Below, piece after piece: positions 36,050-46,247 of a DNA stretch of 64,000 bases; position 1 is the first letter of the stretch, and the number at the start of each line of letters is the position of its first letter. Under the pieces are notes generated by a model. That model was not told where the DNA came from. It made no database searches and saw only the letters and a program-made list of their open reading frames with translations. A program made the position numbers and the translations under genes. This stretch comes from Candidatus Colwellbacteria bacterium (lineage in GTDB: Bacteria; Patescibacteriota; Minisyncoccia; UBA6257; Colwellbacteraceae), in the NCBI GenBank assembly GCA_016176525.1, contig JACOWZ010000003.1, positions 192,001 to 256,000 of the forward strand, given 5' to 3'.

Positions 36050-37417
36050 TTATCCTAGTTTGTTTAACTCCTCTTTTATAGTTTCAAGTTTTCTTTGTAA
36101 ATTTGTGTCTTTAGGCAATTGGTCGCTTATTTTCTTGTGTGAATATATGGCTGTAGTATGGTCGCGGTTGCCGATTTTTGCGGCTATGTACGGGTAAGAC
36201 ATATTAAGCACGTTTCTTAGTATATAGATGGTTATTTGGCGAGGCTCTATAAGCTGCTTATTTCTTGATTTGCTGATTAGCTCATTCGGGGATATCTCAA
36301 AAAAGCTTGCAACTGTGTTTATGACTTGTGTTGGTGTTATGTTTGGCGCGGCTTTTTGGGTGATTTCGTTTATTATTTTTTCGACAATAGGTGCCGAGAG
36401 ATCTTTAGAATACGCGCTTTGGTGGAATACGAGCTTGTTTAGTATACCCTCTATTTCTCTTATGTTTTTTTGCGCCTTTTTGGCTATTAAATCTACTGTT
36501 TCATCGCTAAGAGTTACGCCACGCTCCTGCATTTTGGTTCTAATGATAGCAACCCTTGTTTCGTATTCCGGCAAACCTACATCTACCGTTATGCCGGCCT
36601 GGAATCTGCTTGATAGCCTTTCTTCAAGCGTTGGTATTGCTTTAGGCGGCCTATCAGAAGATATTATTATGTGTTTGTTGTTTTCGTATAGCGCGTTGAA
36701 TGTGTGGAAAAATTCTTCTTCTGTTTTTTCTTTTCCGCCGATAAATTGGATATCGTCAATTATAAGCACATCAATGTGCCTGTAGGCAGCTTTTATATCT
36801 TCCATCCTTCGGTTTCTTATTGCCCAAACAACGTCGCTTGTGAATTTTTCGGAACTTACATACTTTACCTTTACTTTGCCTCCGTATAACAACTTTATTT
36901 CGTTGCCCATTGCTTGTATCAGGTGAGTTTTACCCAAACCAACTCCTCCATATATGAAAAAAGGGTTATATTTAACCCCTACACTTTGTATTATTGCGCT
37001 CGCAGCATTAAACGCGAGCTCATTTGACGGCCCCACAACAAACGATCCCATAGTGTATTTTGGGTTTAGGTTTGTTTCGGGGTCTACCCGCATTTCTTGG
37101 AAGATTAATTGTTTCTTTTCTGCAGAAGCGCTTTGCGGTTGTATTTTGGGCCTTGCTTTTACCAAACTGCCCTCTACAATGTACTCAACTTTTTTAATAG
37201 AATCTTTATGTGTGCGGAGTGAGCCTAAAATAATTTTGTTGTACTTAGAGCTTACCCATTCTTTGGCAAAATGGTTTGGAAGAGCAACAAAAACGGAGCC
37301 TGCATCGTCCATTTTTGCCAGCTTGCTGTTTTTAAGCCAAGTTAAGAAGTTTGGCCGAGAAACTTGTAATTCCAACTCCCCTAAAACTGTTTCCCATAGT
37401 TCCTCGGCTGTTGTCAT
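36050..37417 (-). CDS. dnaA: Chromosomal replication initiator DnaA
   Basis: AAA+ Walker A GGVGLGKTHL, Walker B VLIIDDIQF, and a C-terminal DNA-binding domain. Confidence 0.93.
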   Translation of the reverse strand: MTTAEELWETVLGELELQVSRPNFLTWLKNSKLAKMDDAGSVFVALPNHFAKEWVSSKYNKIILGSLRTHKDSIKKVEYIVEGSLVKARPKIQPQSASAEKKQLIFQEMRVDPETNLNPKYTMGSFVVGPSNELAFNAASAIIQSVGVKYNPFFIYGGVGLGKTHLIQAMGNEIKLLYGGKVKVKYVSSEKFTSDVVWAIRNRRMEDIKAAYRHIDVLIIDDIQFIGGKEKTEEEFFHTFNALYENNKHIIISSDRPPKAIPTLEERLSSRFQAGITVDVGLPEYETRVAIIRTKMQERGVTLSDETVDLIAKKAQKNIREIEGILNKLVFHQSAYSKDLSAPIVEKIINEITQKAAPNITPTQVINTVASFFEISPNELISKSRNKQLIEPRQITIYILRNVLNMSYPYIAAKIGNRDHTTAIYSHKKISDQLPKDTNLQRKLETIKEELNKLG

Positions 37418-37439
37418 GCTTATAATCTTATTGATTTAC

Positions 37440-37620
37440 AGCCCCCAGTCAAATATCCACAATCTGTAGAAACTGTTAATTTATTGTGGAAAACATAGAC
37501 AAAGTCGCTCGGATAATGCGCCTAATGATTAGCGTGTTAAATAACTCCCCAAACCCAGGTTTATTGTGCTAATTTTAGATTACTATTGTGGTTTCTGTTT
37601 GGATATAGTAATATTTCTTC
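37440..37620. promoter_or_regulatory. Candidate oriC DnaA-box cluster between dnaA and rpmH
   Basis: TTATCCACA-like boxes: ATATCCACA at 37452-37460, TTGTGGAAA at 37483-37491, GGATAATG at 37511-37518, and TTATTGTGC / TATTGTGGT at about 37561 and 37585. Gene context is the classical rpmH-dnaA origin arrangement. Confidence 0.5.
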
Positions 37621-37621
37621 T

Positions 37622-37774
37622 ATGTCGCGTACGTATAACCCTAAAAAGAAAAAGCGTTCCCGAACGCACGGCTTTTTGAAGAGAAAAAGAAGCTCTGGCG
37701 GAAGGGCTATAATGCGCCGAAGGCGGCAAAAAGGCAGAAAACGGCTTATTATTCCGGTAAAGAGAAGGCACTAA
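37622..37774 (+). CDS. rpmH: 50S ribosomal protein L34
   Basis: [42 protein letters not shown]. The start is taken at the internal Met of the track ORF. Confidence 0.85.
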   Translation: MSRTYNPKKKKRSRTHGFLKRKRSSGGRAIMRRRRQKGRKRLIIPVKRRH

Positions 37775-38103
37775 TGCTTGCCAAAAAATTCCGCTTGCCG
37801 GTAGGCTCTTTTCCTAAAAATATTAGGGCCGCGGGCAGTGGGGAATTTACTTCTCTAAGAGTTTTTCCTAACAAACTTACATATAACAGGTTTGGAGTTG
37901 TGTTTAAATCGGGCACAATAAAGTCTGCAGTGCAGAGAAACAAACTTAAAAGGATTGCGTTTGATTGGGCAACTAATTTTTTAGTGAGTAGTGCGAGTAC
38001 GGGGTACAAAGACGTGCTTTTAATATTTTATCAAGGAGTTCCCAAATTAAAAAAACAAGATATTATAAAAGAATTACAAAACTATGAGCGCTTTATTCAA
38101 TGA
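37774..38103 (+). CDS. rnpA: RNase P protein component
   Basis: 109-aa basic protein immediately after rpmH, with an RNR-like motif KLKRIAF. Confidence 0.8.
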   Translation: MLAKKFRLPVGSFPKNIRAAGSGEFTSLRVFPNKLTYNRFGVVFKSGTIKSAVQRNKLKRIAFDWATNFLVSSASTGYKDVLLIFYQGVPKLKKQDIIKELQNYERFIQ

Positions 38104-38830
38104 ACTTCTATATAGGCCGTTTTTAAATGCCTTAGTTTTTTTGTATGAAAATGTAACTTTCGGCGACTTGGGTCTTGCTATTATTGCATTGACTATTATT
38201 ATTCGCATTATTCTTTTTCCGCTTTTCCATAAATCTGCACACTATCAGAAAATTACTCAAAGCCTGCAGCCAAAGTTAAAGAAAATTCAGAAGGACCATA
38301 AAGACAATAGAGAAGCGCAGACAAAAGCCATGCTTGCCCTATACAGCGAGCATAAAATAAATCCGTTTACTCCAATTCTGCTTCTTATCGCCCAAATTCC
38401 TATTCTTATAGCCCTGTTTTTGGTTATAAAGGGGGGATTTTCTGAAGAAGCACTTTCTTCGCTTTATTCTTTTGTTCCGAGGCCGGAAGTTATAAACGAT
38501 AAATTTTTGGGTGTAGTTGATTTAACACAAATGAACATCTTTGTAGTTTTGCTTGCCGTTGCCGCGCAGTATATGCACGGCAAACTTACACTCTCTAAAA
38601 GAAAAAGTGGCGAAGAACCTAGTAAGGCAGAAGAGTTGGGCAGAAAAATGGTTTTTATGGGACCGGCGATAACATTTATAGTGCTCCTTAATTTCCCTTC
38701 TGCTTTAGGGCTTTATTGGCTAACTAGCACGAGTTTTTCGCTTATACAGCAGGTGATAGTAAACCGCCAGATAAATAAGAAAGTTGAGAACCACCAGATA
38801 CAAAATAGCCGCGAACGGCGTTTGAGCTAA
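38084..38830 (+). CDS. yidC: Membrane protein insertase YidC/Oxa1 (short form)
   Basis: Multi-TM 248-aa protein directly downstream of rnpA. Confidence 0.85.
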   Translation: MSALFNELLYRPFLNALVFLYENVTFGDLGLAIIALTIIIRIILFPLFHKSAHYQKITQSLQPKLKKIQKDHKDNREAQTKAMLALYSEHKINPFTPILLLIAQIPILIALFLVIKGGFSEEALSSLYSFVPRPEVINDKFLGVVDLTQMNIFVVLLAVAAQYMHGKLTLSKRKSGEEPSKAEELGRKMVFMGPAITFIVLLNFPSALGLYWLTSTSFSLIQQVIVNRQINKKVENHQIQNSRERRLS

Positions 38831-39119
38831 ATTTTAGCTAGTTTAAGGCGCGAGGAGGAAGATGTAGTCGTAGACTACAATGACGACGAGCAACAAGAAA
38901 ATAGATAAAATTTAGCCAAACCCAAAGGGATACAGCTAATTTATAAGAATCACAGTGTCCTTCCTCGCTTGGCGTACCACTACGGGTACGCCTTCGTCGT
39001 CACTCCTTGTGCTTCTTAAAATTAGCTAGTATCGCCGCCGTGTTTATTTTGTATCTGGTGGTAAAAGACAGCGGAAGAGGGTAGACAATAAGCAAAAATT
39101 AAGTTAGAATCCCTGCACG

Positions 39120-39551
39120 ATGCAGGAACTAAGCGACGCTTTAAAAATACTAGTTGAATCTATGGGTTTTAGGGAAGTTAGCGCGGAGCATGACCCGGCT
39201 TATAGAAAAGTTTCTATAGTTGTTGGAGACGACCCTAATATTTCTAAATATTTGCCCACGCTTGTGGTTAATCTAAACCATGTTGCGCGCCTTATCAGTA
39301 AAAGGCTGGATTTGGGGCCCGTTGTGGTTGATGTTAATAATTATAGAAAAGAACGCGACATTCTTATTATTGATTTAGCAAAAGCTGCCGCGCGAAAAGC
39401 TGTTGCTACAAAAGAAGCCGTGCAATTGCCGGCGATGAATGCATATGAGAGGCGTTTGGTGCATACAGAGCTTTCAATTAGGCCGGATGTTACAACAGAA
39501 AGTTCGGGTGAAGGCAAGGAGAGATTTGTTGTTGTAAAGATTACGGAGTAG
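39120..39551 (+). CDS. jag: Jag/KH-R3H domain RNA-binding protein
   Basis: R3H motif AYERRLVHTEL. It sits in the conserved yidC-jag neighbourhood. Confidence 0.8.
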   Translation: MQELSDALKILVESMGFREVSAEHDPAYRKVSIVVGDDPNISKYLPTLVVNLNHVARLISKRLDLGPVVVDVNNYRKERDILIIDLAKAAARKAVATKEAVQLPAMNAYERRLVHTELSIRPDVTTESSGEGKERFVVVKITE

Positions 39552-39662
39552 GCCGTAGAGAAAGTATTAAGTTCTAATTTCTAAGTTCTATTGAAGTTAT
39601 ATTTACTTAAGTCTTAAGGAATTAGATCTTGATTAGAAATTAGTACTTAGAAATTTATTAAT

Positions 39663-39980
39663 TTATCCTCCAAGAATTTCCGGGTTAATTGTATTTAGTA
39701 TCAGCCACGCGCCTATTAGTAATAGTAAACCATACACTGCTGCCCATATCCATTTTTTTGCGTCATCAACCTGTGATTCGTTGCCACCCGAAGAGGCATA
39801 TCTTATCCCGCCGAATACTATAACTCCAAGTGCGACCAGTGCACCTATTGCTATTGCCCAGCCGAAAATATTGTTGATATCAAAGCCGGGCAAAATTCCG
39901 CCCACTCCAGTCTCTATAGCGGTTTCTACTTCTTCTTGCACGTCCTGGGCCCAAACCTTGTTTATTAGAAAATTAATCAT
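39663..39980 (-). CDS. Two-TM pilin-like small membrane protein (VirB2/TrbC-like), paralogue 4
   Basis: SSGGNESQVDDAKKWIWAAVYGLLLLIGAWLILNTI shares the motif of the 9260-10303 proteins. Confidence 0.6.
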   Translation of the reverse strand: MINFLINKVWAQDVQEEVETAIETGVGGILPGFDINNIFGWAIAIGALVALGVIVFGGIRYASSGGNESQVDDAKKWIWAAVYGLLLLIGAWLILNTINPEILGG

Positions 39981-39986
39981 GTGATT

Positions 39987-40394
39987 TTATACTGTTTTTT
40001 CCCATCCTCCGCTTTCTGTCTTTTCCCAGCGGTCCAAGGTTGTGGTTTTTGGTCTTCTTGCCGCTACTCTTCCTCGGCCTGCGCTTGCGAGTTTTGCGAC
40101 TACAGGCCTATTTGCAAGAAATATAGTCATAATCATTGTTGCTGTTCTAACTGGCAATGCGTTTATTATCGGAATAAACTCTATCATTGAGCCGGCAGTA
40201 TATGTTAGGTTTCTTATACCTTTCATTATAAGCCAAAATTGTATTGTGGGGTATGCGACAACGTTTATAAGGATACTTATTGGAATTCCGATAAGAGTTA
40301 GGTCTGCTATAACCTCCGCAATATCTGCCGTGACTGTTACCATCAACATCAGTATTGCCTCTACCATGCTTATTTTTTTCTCGTTCTCTGCCAT
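39987..40394 (-). CDS. Small polytopic membrane protein; T4SS-associated by position (VirB3-like)
   Basis: 135 aa with 2-3 TM helices, 5 nt upstream of the VirB4 stop. Confidence 0.45.
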   Translation of the reverse strand: MAENEKKISMVEAILMLMVTVTADIAEVIADLTLIGIPISILINVVAYPTIQFWLIMKGIRNLTYTAGSMIEFIPIINALPVRTATMIMTIFLANRPVVAKLASAGRGRVAARRPKTTTLDRWEKTESGGWEKTV

Positions 40395-40398
40395 ATTT

Positions 40399-42735
40399 TT
40401 ATTCCTTCATTTCTCTTTTCTGCTCTAAAAGCTGTTCCGGATTTGTTGTAATAAGCTTATCTTCAAAGTAAGACGGCACAATTTGTATCGCAGCGTGCTT
40501 AAGCCCTGCAATAAACAGGCCCTGGCCTACCCCTGCCTCCAAAAGATAATTTTTTTCGGTCTCTGTTAGATTAAAAGCTTTTGCGGTTATGTCCACTGTT
40601 GCTGGAGCTTGTTTTAGCAACAGCTGTATAGAAGAGTTTGTTATAATCGGCCGGCCGTAGGGAGAGTTCATGAAATCTTCTACGTCTTGCGTAATTGTTG
40701 ATACTCCTAAGTAATATTTTCTCGCTCTTTTTACTAAGCCGTATAAAAACGTGGCAGAATCCGGATATTTCATCATAAGCCATGCTTCGTCTACAATCAT
40801 AATCCGTTTTTTAAATTCGGCTCTTACCAAATTCCAAACGAAGTTTAAAATTACATACATTGCGATGGGGCGCAGTTCTTCTTCCAGATCTCTTATAGAG
40901 AAGACTACAAGCCGGTTTTTTACATTTATATTTGTGGGTTTATTAACGAAGCCCGCGAAACTGCCTTCGGTAAACCTATACAGCCTTGTTGCCATTTCGT
41001 GTCCGCCTTCCATCCCCTCCAACACTGTTTTAAAATCTTCTAAAAGAGGCGGTTCTTTGCCCGTAAAGTCTTTGCCGGGTTCAATGTCTCGAGAAGCGTA
41101 AGTTTCTGTTATCGCGCGGTCTAGCATCGCTTCTTCTTCTGCAGAGATTTTACCGAGCATAAGTTTAATTAGCCCAGTTAAGTTAATAATGTGAGTTTTT
41201 AAAACCTCACCTGGCTCTTCACCCTCCGGGATAATTGGAATATCAAACGGATTTATGTGGTTCTCTGAATCAAGCGATATTTTTAGCACACTTCCGCCCA
41301 TTGCCTCTGCAAGGTTTAAATATTCGTTTTCTGGGTCTATAACCAAAACATCTGTGCCTACCATCAGCGATCGCACCATTTCCAGTTTTGTAGCATAGCT
41401 TTTACCAGCGCCGGATTTTGCAAAAATTACTGTGTTTGCGTTTTCAAGCGAGAAACGGTCAAAAACTATAAGCGTGTTGTTGTGTCTGTTGATGCCGTAT
41501 AAAATCCCTTTATCCGATGTAAGCTCTAGTGAAACAAACGGGAAAAAAGAAGAGAGGGGCTGGGAGTTTAGAGGTGAATGTATCTGTAGTTTGTCGGTGC
41601 CCAATGGGATTGTGGACATAAACCCATTTAATTGCTCAAACGAAGCTGGCTTCGCCTCCACTAATTTGCTGTCTAAAATGCTTTTTATTTCGTTTTCGGT
41701 TTTGCGCAGCTCTTCTTCTGTTTCGCCGTATATTGTAATGTACATAGCCACGTTAAATAGTTTTTCCCGCGCTTGCTGGAGCGCGTCGCGAAGCGTTTCT
41801 ATGTCATTAAAGGCGGTTTCGAGCATCGGGTCGCGCACCTTGCCTTTTTCTTGTGAATCTATTATTTGAGACTCAATTTGCGCCGCTTTTTTGCGCAGAT
41901 TTTTTAGTGCAATACCCGTGTCTGTCGGGCTTATAAAAATAGAAATATCCAAAAGGCTCGGCATGTTTATAATTGGAGAAAACCACCCACTTGCCAGATA
42001 TCTCGGGTAGTTCAATACAAACATTGTTTTTGCAACTTTTGATTCCATCTTAAGGTATTGTGCTTTTACTTCTATTGAGTTCGGCGCGATTATGTTTTCA
42101 ATAACTTTCTCTGCGTCCGCGCTTTTAGGTTGTATTTCGTGGCGCTCTGTCGTCGAGGGGTTGTAGAAGTTGTAGTAGAGCTCTAAGAGTTCGGCGTCTT
42201 CTAAGGCCACGGCGCGCAGGCCTATACGCCGCAAGCCAGACACTACTTGGTCCGCGCGCTGGTTTAGCTGCTCGCGGCGCACTGGGTCGATTTTTGCCTC
42301 AGTTTCTTCGGTTTTTACTTTGCTTTTTGCCGTAGGTATTGCAATTGGGTTATATGGCACCACTATAAAGAAACTTTTTGTCATCACGGCGTTTTCTCCA
42401 ACGAAGGAGCGAATAAATGCAATATATTCGTTTATTTGCGTACGCAAAAGCTCGTTTTCTTCTTTGTTTTTTCTCTCTTCAAGACGCTGCAAATAAGATT
42501 CAATGTTTAATTTGCGCGAGTGGATGTTTATTTGTATTTCAAAATCAAGAGAGTTTAAAAAGTTTTGGTAACCGTAGGTAATGAGCGTTTGTTCTTCGTC
42601 TGATTTAAGATCAAAGTTTACGCCGTCAACGAGAATTATTCTGCGGAGTCCTCCGTTTTTTAAGACAACTATGCCGTCTTTAATACTATTTATGTCTACA
42701 AATTGTTGAGTTCTGCCGGCGTCTTCTTTTGGCAT
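40399..42735 (-). CDS. virB4: VirB4/TrbE/CagE-family T4SS ATPase
   Basis: Walker A FAKSGAGKSY, Walker B region IMIVDEAW, and the expected family length (778 aa). Confidence 0.88.
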   Translation of the reverse strand: MPKEDAGRTQQFVDINSIKDGIVVLKNGGLRRIILVDGVNFDLKSDEEQTLITYGYQNFLNSLDFEIQINIHSRKLNIESYLQRLEERKNKEENELLRTQINEYIAFIRSFVGENAVMTKSFFIVVPYNPIAIPTAKSKVKTEETEAKIDPVRREQLNQRADQVVSGLRRIGLRAVALEDAELLELYYNFYNPSTTERHEIQPKSADAEKVIENIIAPNSIEVKAQYLKMESKVAKTMFVLNYPRYLASGWFSPIINMPSLLDISIFISPTDTGIALKNLRKKAAQIESQIIDSQEKGKVRDPMLETAFNDIETLRDALQQAREKLFNVAMYITIYGETEEELRKTENEIKSILDSKLVEAKPASFEQLNGFMSTIPLGTDKLQIHSPLNSQPLSSFFPFVSLELTSDKGILYGINRHNNTLIVFDRFSLENANTVIFAKSGAGKSYATKLEMVRSLMVGTDVLVIDPENEYLNLAEAMGGSVLKISLDSENHINPFDIPIIPEGEEPGEVLKTHIINLTGLIKLMLGKISAEEEAMLDRAITETYASRDIEPGKDFTGKEPPLLEDFKTVLEGMEGGHEMATRLYRFTEGSFAGFVNKPTNINVKNRLVVFSIRDLEEELRPIAMYVILNFVWNLVRAEFKKRIMIVDEAWLMMKYPDSATFLYGLVKRARKYYLGVSTITQDVEDFMNSPYGRPIITNSSIQLLLKQAPATVDITAKAFNLTETEKNYLLEAGVGQGLFIAGLKHAAIQIVPSYFEDKLITTNPEQLLEQKREMKE

Positions 42736-42744
42736 AGTTATATA

Positions 42745-43233
42745 TTAACGATAATCTACCCTTCTTGCTATTTCTTTATCCCCAGTTATGCGCTGTATTG
42801 CTTCGTATTGCTCTTCTTTCTCTTTGTCTTTAAATGGGTTGAATATGTGTGGAGTGAAACTTTCGCGTTTTGGTATTGCAGATTTTGTTGTCGCTAGTTT
42901 TTCGCCGATGTTACGCAATGCTCCGCCTGGGATTTTTTGTTCCGGTGCAGGAGTTTTTGTCTTAAATATATACAATCGCGGAGACCAAATGTATTTAAAA
43001 GCCGAGAACGCAACAGTAATGGCGCTGCGGCCGTGAATTTTTACGAAAGCCAGTGCTGATGCCGCCGCACCTAAAACAACAGTTATTAGAAACCAAAGCC
43101 AAAGCTCAACTATAAAGAAAAACACAAAAGACAAAAAACCTGCGGCTGCGATGTATAAGAATTGCTTTAGCGTAAATGGGCCAAATATTTTATCCTCGGT
43201 CTCTATAAATTGAGGAACCTGAAACTGTGGCAT
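42745..43233 (-). CDS. Hypothetical two-TM membrane protein in the T4SS-like operon
   Basis: 162 aa. Its start overlaps the stop of the upstream gene. Confidence 0.45.
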   Translation of the reverse strand: MPQFQVPQFIETEDKIFGPFTLKQFLYIAAAGFLSFVFFFIVELWLWFLITVVLGAAASALAFVKIHGRSAITVAFSAFKYIWSPRLYIFKTKTPAPEQKIPGGALRNIGEKLATTKSAIPKRESFTPHIFNPFKDKEKEEQYEAIQRITGDKEIARRVDYR

Positions 43234-43895
43234 TATTTTCCATCTTTTAGGTCTATAATGTTTTCGGGGTCAACATTATTTTTGGGACCGGTTTGTTTCG
43301 GTTTAAATGGATCTTCCGGGGTTTGAAGAGCCGAGTAGTTTATAATTTTAACTTTTGGAGGTGCCGTTCTTGCGCTTTTAACCTCTTTTTTAGGTTCGTA
43401 GCCATCACCCTCACCTATGTCTATTTTTGCAGTGCTGCCTGCTTGCCGGCCCTCTTCTCTTTCTTTAAATACCGGGCGGAGGTAATCATTTTGCGGCTTT
43501 GCAACCGGTTTTATCTCTTCTGCGGCGTGCAAAACATACGGTGCCGGGTGCTCGGTTTCTTTAATTTGTTGTTTTGGTGGAGTTTGTGTCATGCGCGAGA
43601 GAATTTTTGCGCGCACTTCTTCTGCAGCCCCGGCTATTGCTTTTTCGTTAATATCTATAAATTTTTTTAATTCTCCCGCTACTTCTTCAGGCTTAATCAG
43701 CCCTAAAATTGCAAACGTTACAATTTGGTGGAAGGTGATATCGTCATCCGGGTCAACATCTAAATTATATTTGTTTGATATATTCGCAAGCGTTTCTGAT
43801 ATTTCTTCGGATTCCAACAGTGTTTTAACCACACCAGTGGCATTTTGAATATATTTTTGTATAGTCTCTGGAGTTAAGTTGCTATAATTAATCAT
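43233..43895 (-). CDS. Hypothetical soluble protein in the T4SS-like operon
   Basis: 220 aa with no TM segment and a Lys/Pro-rich C-terminus. Confidence 0.45.
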   Translation of the reverse strand: MINYSNLTPETIQKYIQNATGVVKTLLESEEISETLANISNKYNLDVDPDDDITFHQIVTFAILGLIKPEEVAGELKKFIDINEKAIAGAAEEVRAKILSRMTQTPPKQQIKETEHPAPYVLHAAEEIKPVAKPQNDYLRPVFKEREEGRQAGSTAKIDIGEGDGYEPKKEVKSARTAPPKVKIINYSALQTPEDPFKPKQTGPKNNVDPENIIDLKDGK

Positions 43896-43901
43896 AGATT
43901 A

Positions 43902-46244
43902 TTATTTTTTATCTCCACCTCCTTCTTCTTTGAACTCAATAGGTTTATGTTCTTTAAACGCTTTGTGCGCTTTTTGGAAGCTGTCTTTGGCAATATCAAG
44001 TTTTGTCTCACCCATTTTTACTCGGATTTCAAGAACGTCTTTACGGGTTTGAACTTGTTCTGGAGTAAAACCTCTTTCAGCTATGTGTGCCGGATCTTTT
44101 AACTTCTCTAATTCTCTTAGTGTTTTATTTATATTGTCTTCAATTTTAACCATTTTTTCTCCGAGGCTAGCAACATAATCTTCTGCTCTTTTACCAGATA
44201 CTGTTTTAGGCAAAGCAAAGTCTTTTAGCGGCTTAACATTGCCGAGCCCTTTGTTTATTGTATCCAATATTCTTTCTTTAACTGGTTTTTTCTTTGATAT
44301 GCCAGTTTCTTCGCCGTAGAATTTTGCATAGTTGCCTGCGACTTCTAAACCGCGACCCAGCCCAGCGGCCATCCTTCTAAGTCTTCCGGGCCTTGATTGC
44401 GCTTCTGCTGGCGGAGTTGTTGGCGCCTCTGGCGGTGAGGGTGGGGTTGGCGGTTGTTCAGGTTGTGCCGCACCAACTCCTCCTTCGTACAGGTCAGCCA
44501 TGGTGTCGGTACTCGGTCTTTCCATGCGTTCAAACCACTCTGCTGTTCCTTCCGGCGCTTGTGGTACTCCTCTTAATCTCTGTTCCATTAATATAGGTCT
44601 TGTGCTCGGCGCGCCCATCTGGTATGGCCCCTGTGGCCCACTTGGGCCTACTCCAGGGCCTCCTCCGGCAGCGCCCATACCAAATCTGCCCATAAACCTT
44701 CCAGCTGGGGCCAACACTCCTCTCCCCATTAAACCAACAGCTCTGCGAGTTGCAAAAGTTCCAATTCTAGCTGCGCTTTCTGCGCCGGTAAGCCCAAGCT
44801 TTTGTGCAACTATCAGACCACCTATCATTAGACCCGATACGGCTATTATCCCGACTATATTGTTAATTGGGTCAAAGTTTTGAGGATCAATTAAATTATC
44901 CGATGCTACAAGGCCTATCGCCAGAAAAAGTAGAACAGCCGGGTAGAAAATAATCCAGTTTGTGAATGTCTCGTACCATTTTTTCCACTGCCCGCTAAAA
45001 CCTGGGAATACATTCGCCAAAAGAGCAAGCGGCATCAATATTAATAAGAAAGTTAGCGCCACGTATCTTATAACAAGCATAACAGCTGTTGCTATTAGTG
45101 CAAAGAAAGCTATAAGACCGAATATAGCCCGCATTATAACCCCCATTAGTCCGGCTAATATACTTAGCATGAAATCTAGACCCGGTATTGCTGGAATTTC
45201 AAACCCAAATAGTTTTGTTATTTCAAAGTTTTTAATACTGTTAAGCGCGCCAGTAATTGTACTGCCGAAATTTCCAATAGATGAGATACTCATAGGTGTA
45301 CCAGTGGTTTTGCCGACCATTGCTAGTAGTGCTTCTCCAATTCCGTTGCTTATAAAAATAATTGTTGTTGCTATTAGCCAGCTAAAGTTTATTAAAAGCG
45401 CTATTACAATAAGTTTTGGCAGAGCTTGTTTTATTTGAAGGTTTTCTCGCCGCAGCATTGTTGCAAATGCTATTGCGATTATTGCTATTACAAAGCCAAT
45501 ATTTGTAAGTCCAAGAGTTATGTTAAATCCTATGGCTGCTGGCCCATTTGGGTCGCTCAATTTGATACTTAAGGCTGCTGCACCTTTTATCAAAATCGCC
45601 GCAAAGAGTATAAGTATTGATACTAGTGATTCAACAATAAAACCTAGTATCGCTACCACTAGATTAACCAGCAATCTTGGTATAAAAAGCGCTACGCTTT
45701 TCAGACAACTTACTATACCGCTGCAATCCCAAGGCGGCAGTATACTGCCTGGATTTGAAGGGGGTGGTTGATTTTGTACCGTAACGTTTTCGGTGTCTGA
45801 CCCACCGGCAGTTGTTGCAACTGTAACTGGGTAGTCGCCGGCGCTTGATGGATTTATAACCTCATCAATATATATTGTGATATTACTTCCAGATGGAATG
45901 TTTGCTATAGAGTTGTTTGTGCAGGTAGCGCGTCTCTGTGTTGGCTGCGTAGTACAAGACAACTGGTTATTATCGGAAAAAGCAGTAGCTTCCACTTCGT
46001 CTTTAGAGAAAGAAAAGCTGTTAGGAAAAGTTACTGTTATTGAATCAGTTGGCGGGAGCGGAATCGTACCCAAAGTAAAACTAACCGTGTAGGTGCCAGC
46101 CAAACCCGCATAATTATATGAATCGTCAATTTCTAAATTACTAATTAAAACCTGCGCATGTGAGGTTTGGATTAACGCACTGGATAGATTAGCAATAAAT
46201 ACAAGCGAGAAAGCTGTAGAAAGTATCAAAATCCTTCGCAACAT
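43902..46244 (-). CDS. Large polytopic membrane protein, VirB6/TrbL-like
   Basis: Signal peptide, a ~170-aa extracellular Ser/Thr/Asn-rich N-terminal domain, about 8 TM helices, a Gly/Pro-rich tract (PPTPPSPPEAPTTPPAEA), and a C-terminal coiled-coil/charged tail. Length is 780 aa. Confidence 0.55.
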   Translation of the reverse strand: MLRRILILSTAFSLVFIANLSSALIQTSHAQVLISNLEIDDSYNYAGLAGTYTVSFTLGTIPLPPTDSITVTFPNSFSFSKDEVEATAFSDNNQLSCTTQPTQRRATCTNNSIANIPSGSNITIYIDEVINPSSAGDYPVTVATTAGGSDTENVTVQNQPPPSNPGSILPPWDCSGIVSCLKSVALFIPRLLVNLVVAILGFIVESLVSILILFAAILIKGAAALSIKLSDPNGPAAIGFNITLGLTNIGFVIAIIAIAFATMLRRENLQIKQALPKLIVIALLINFSWLIATTIIFISNGIGEALLAMVGKTTGTPMSISSIGNFGSTITGALNSIKNFEITKLFGFEIPAIPGLDFMLSILAGLMGVIMRAIFGLIAFFALIATAVMLVIRYVALTFLLILMPLALLANVFPGFSGQWKKWYETFTNWIIFYPAVLLFLAIGLVASDNLIDPQNFDPINNIVGIIAVSGLMIGGLIVAQKLGLTGAESAARIGTFATRRAVGLMGRGVLAPAGRFMGRFGMGAAGGGPGVGPSGPQGPYQMGAPSTRPILMEQRLRGVPQAPEGTAEWFERMERPSTDTMADLYEGGVGAAQPEQPPTPPSPPEAPTTPPAEAQSRPGRLRRMAAGLGRGLEVAGNYAKFYGEETGISKKKPVKERILDTINKGLGNVKPLKDFALPKTVSGKRAEDYVASLGEKMVKIEDNINKTLRELEKLKDPAHIAERGFTPEQVQTRKDVLEIRVKMGETKLDIAKDSFQKAHKAFKEHKPIEFKEEGGGDKK

Positions 46245-46247
46245 AAT

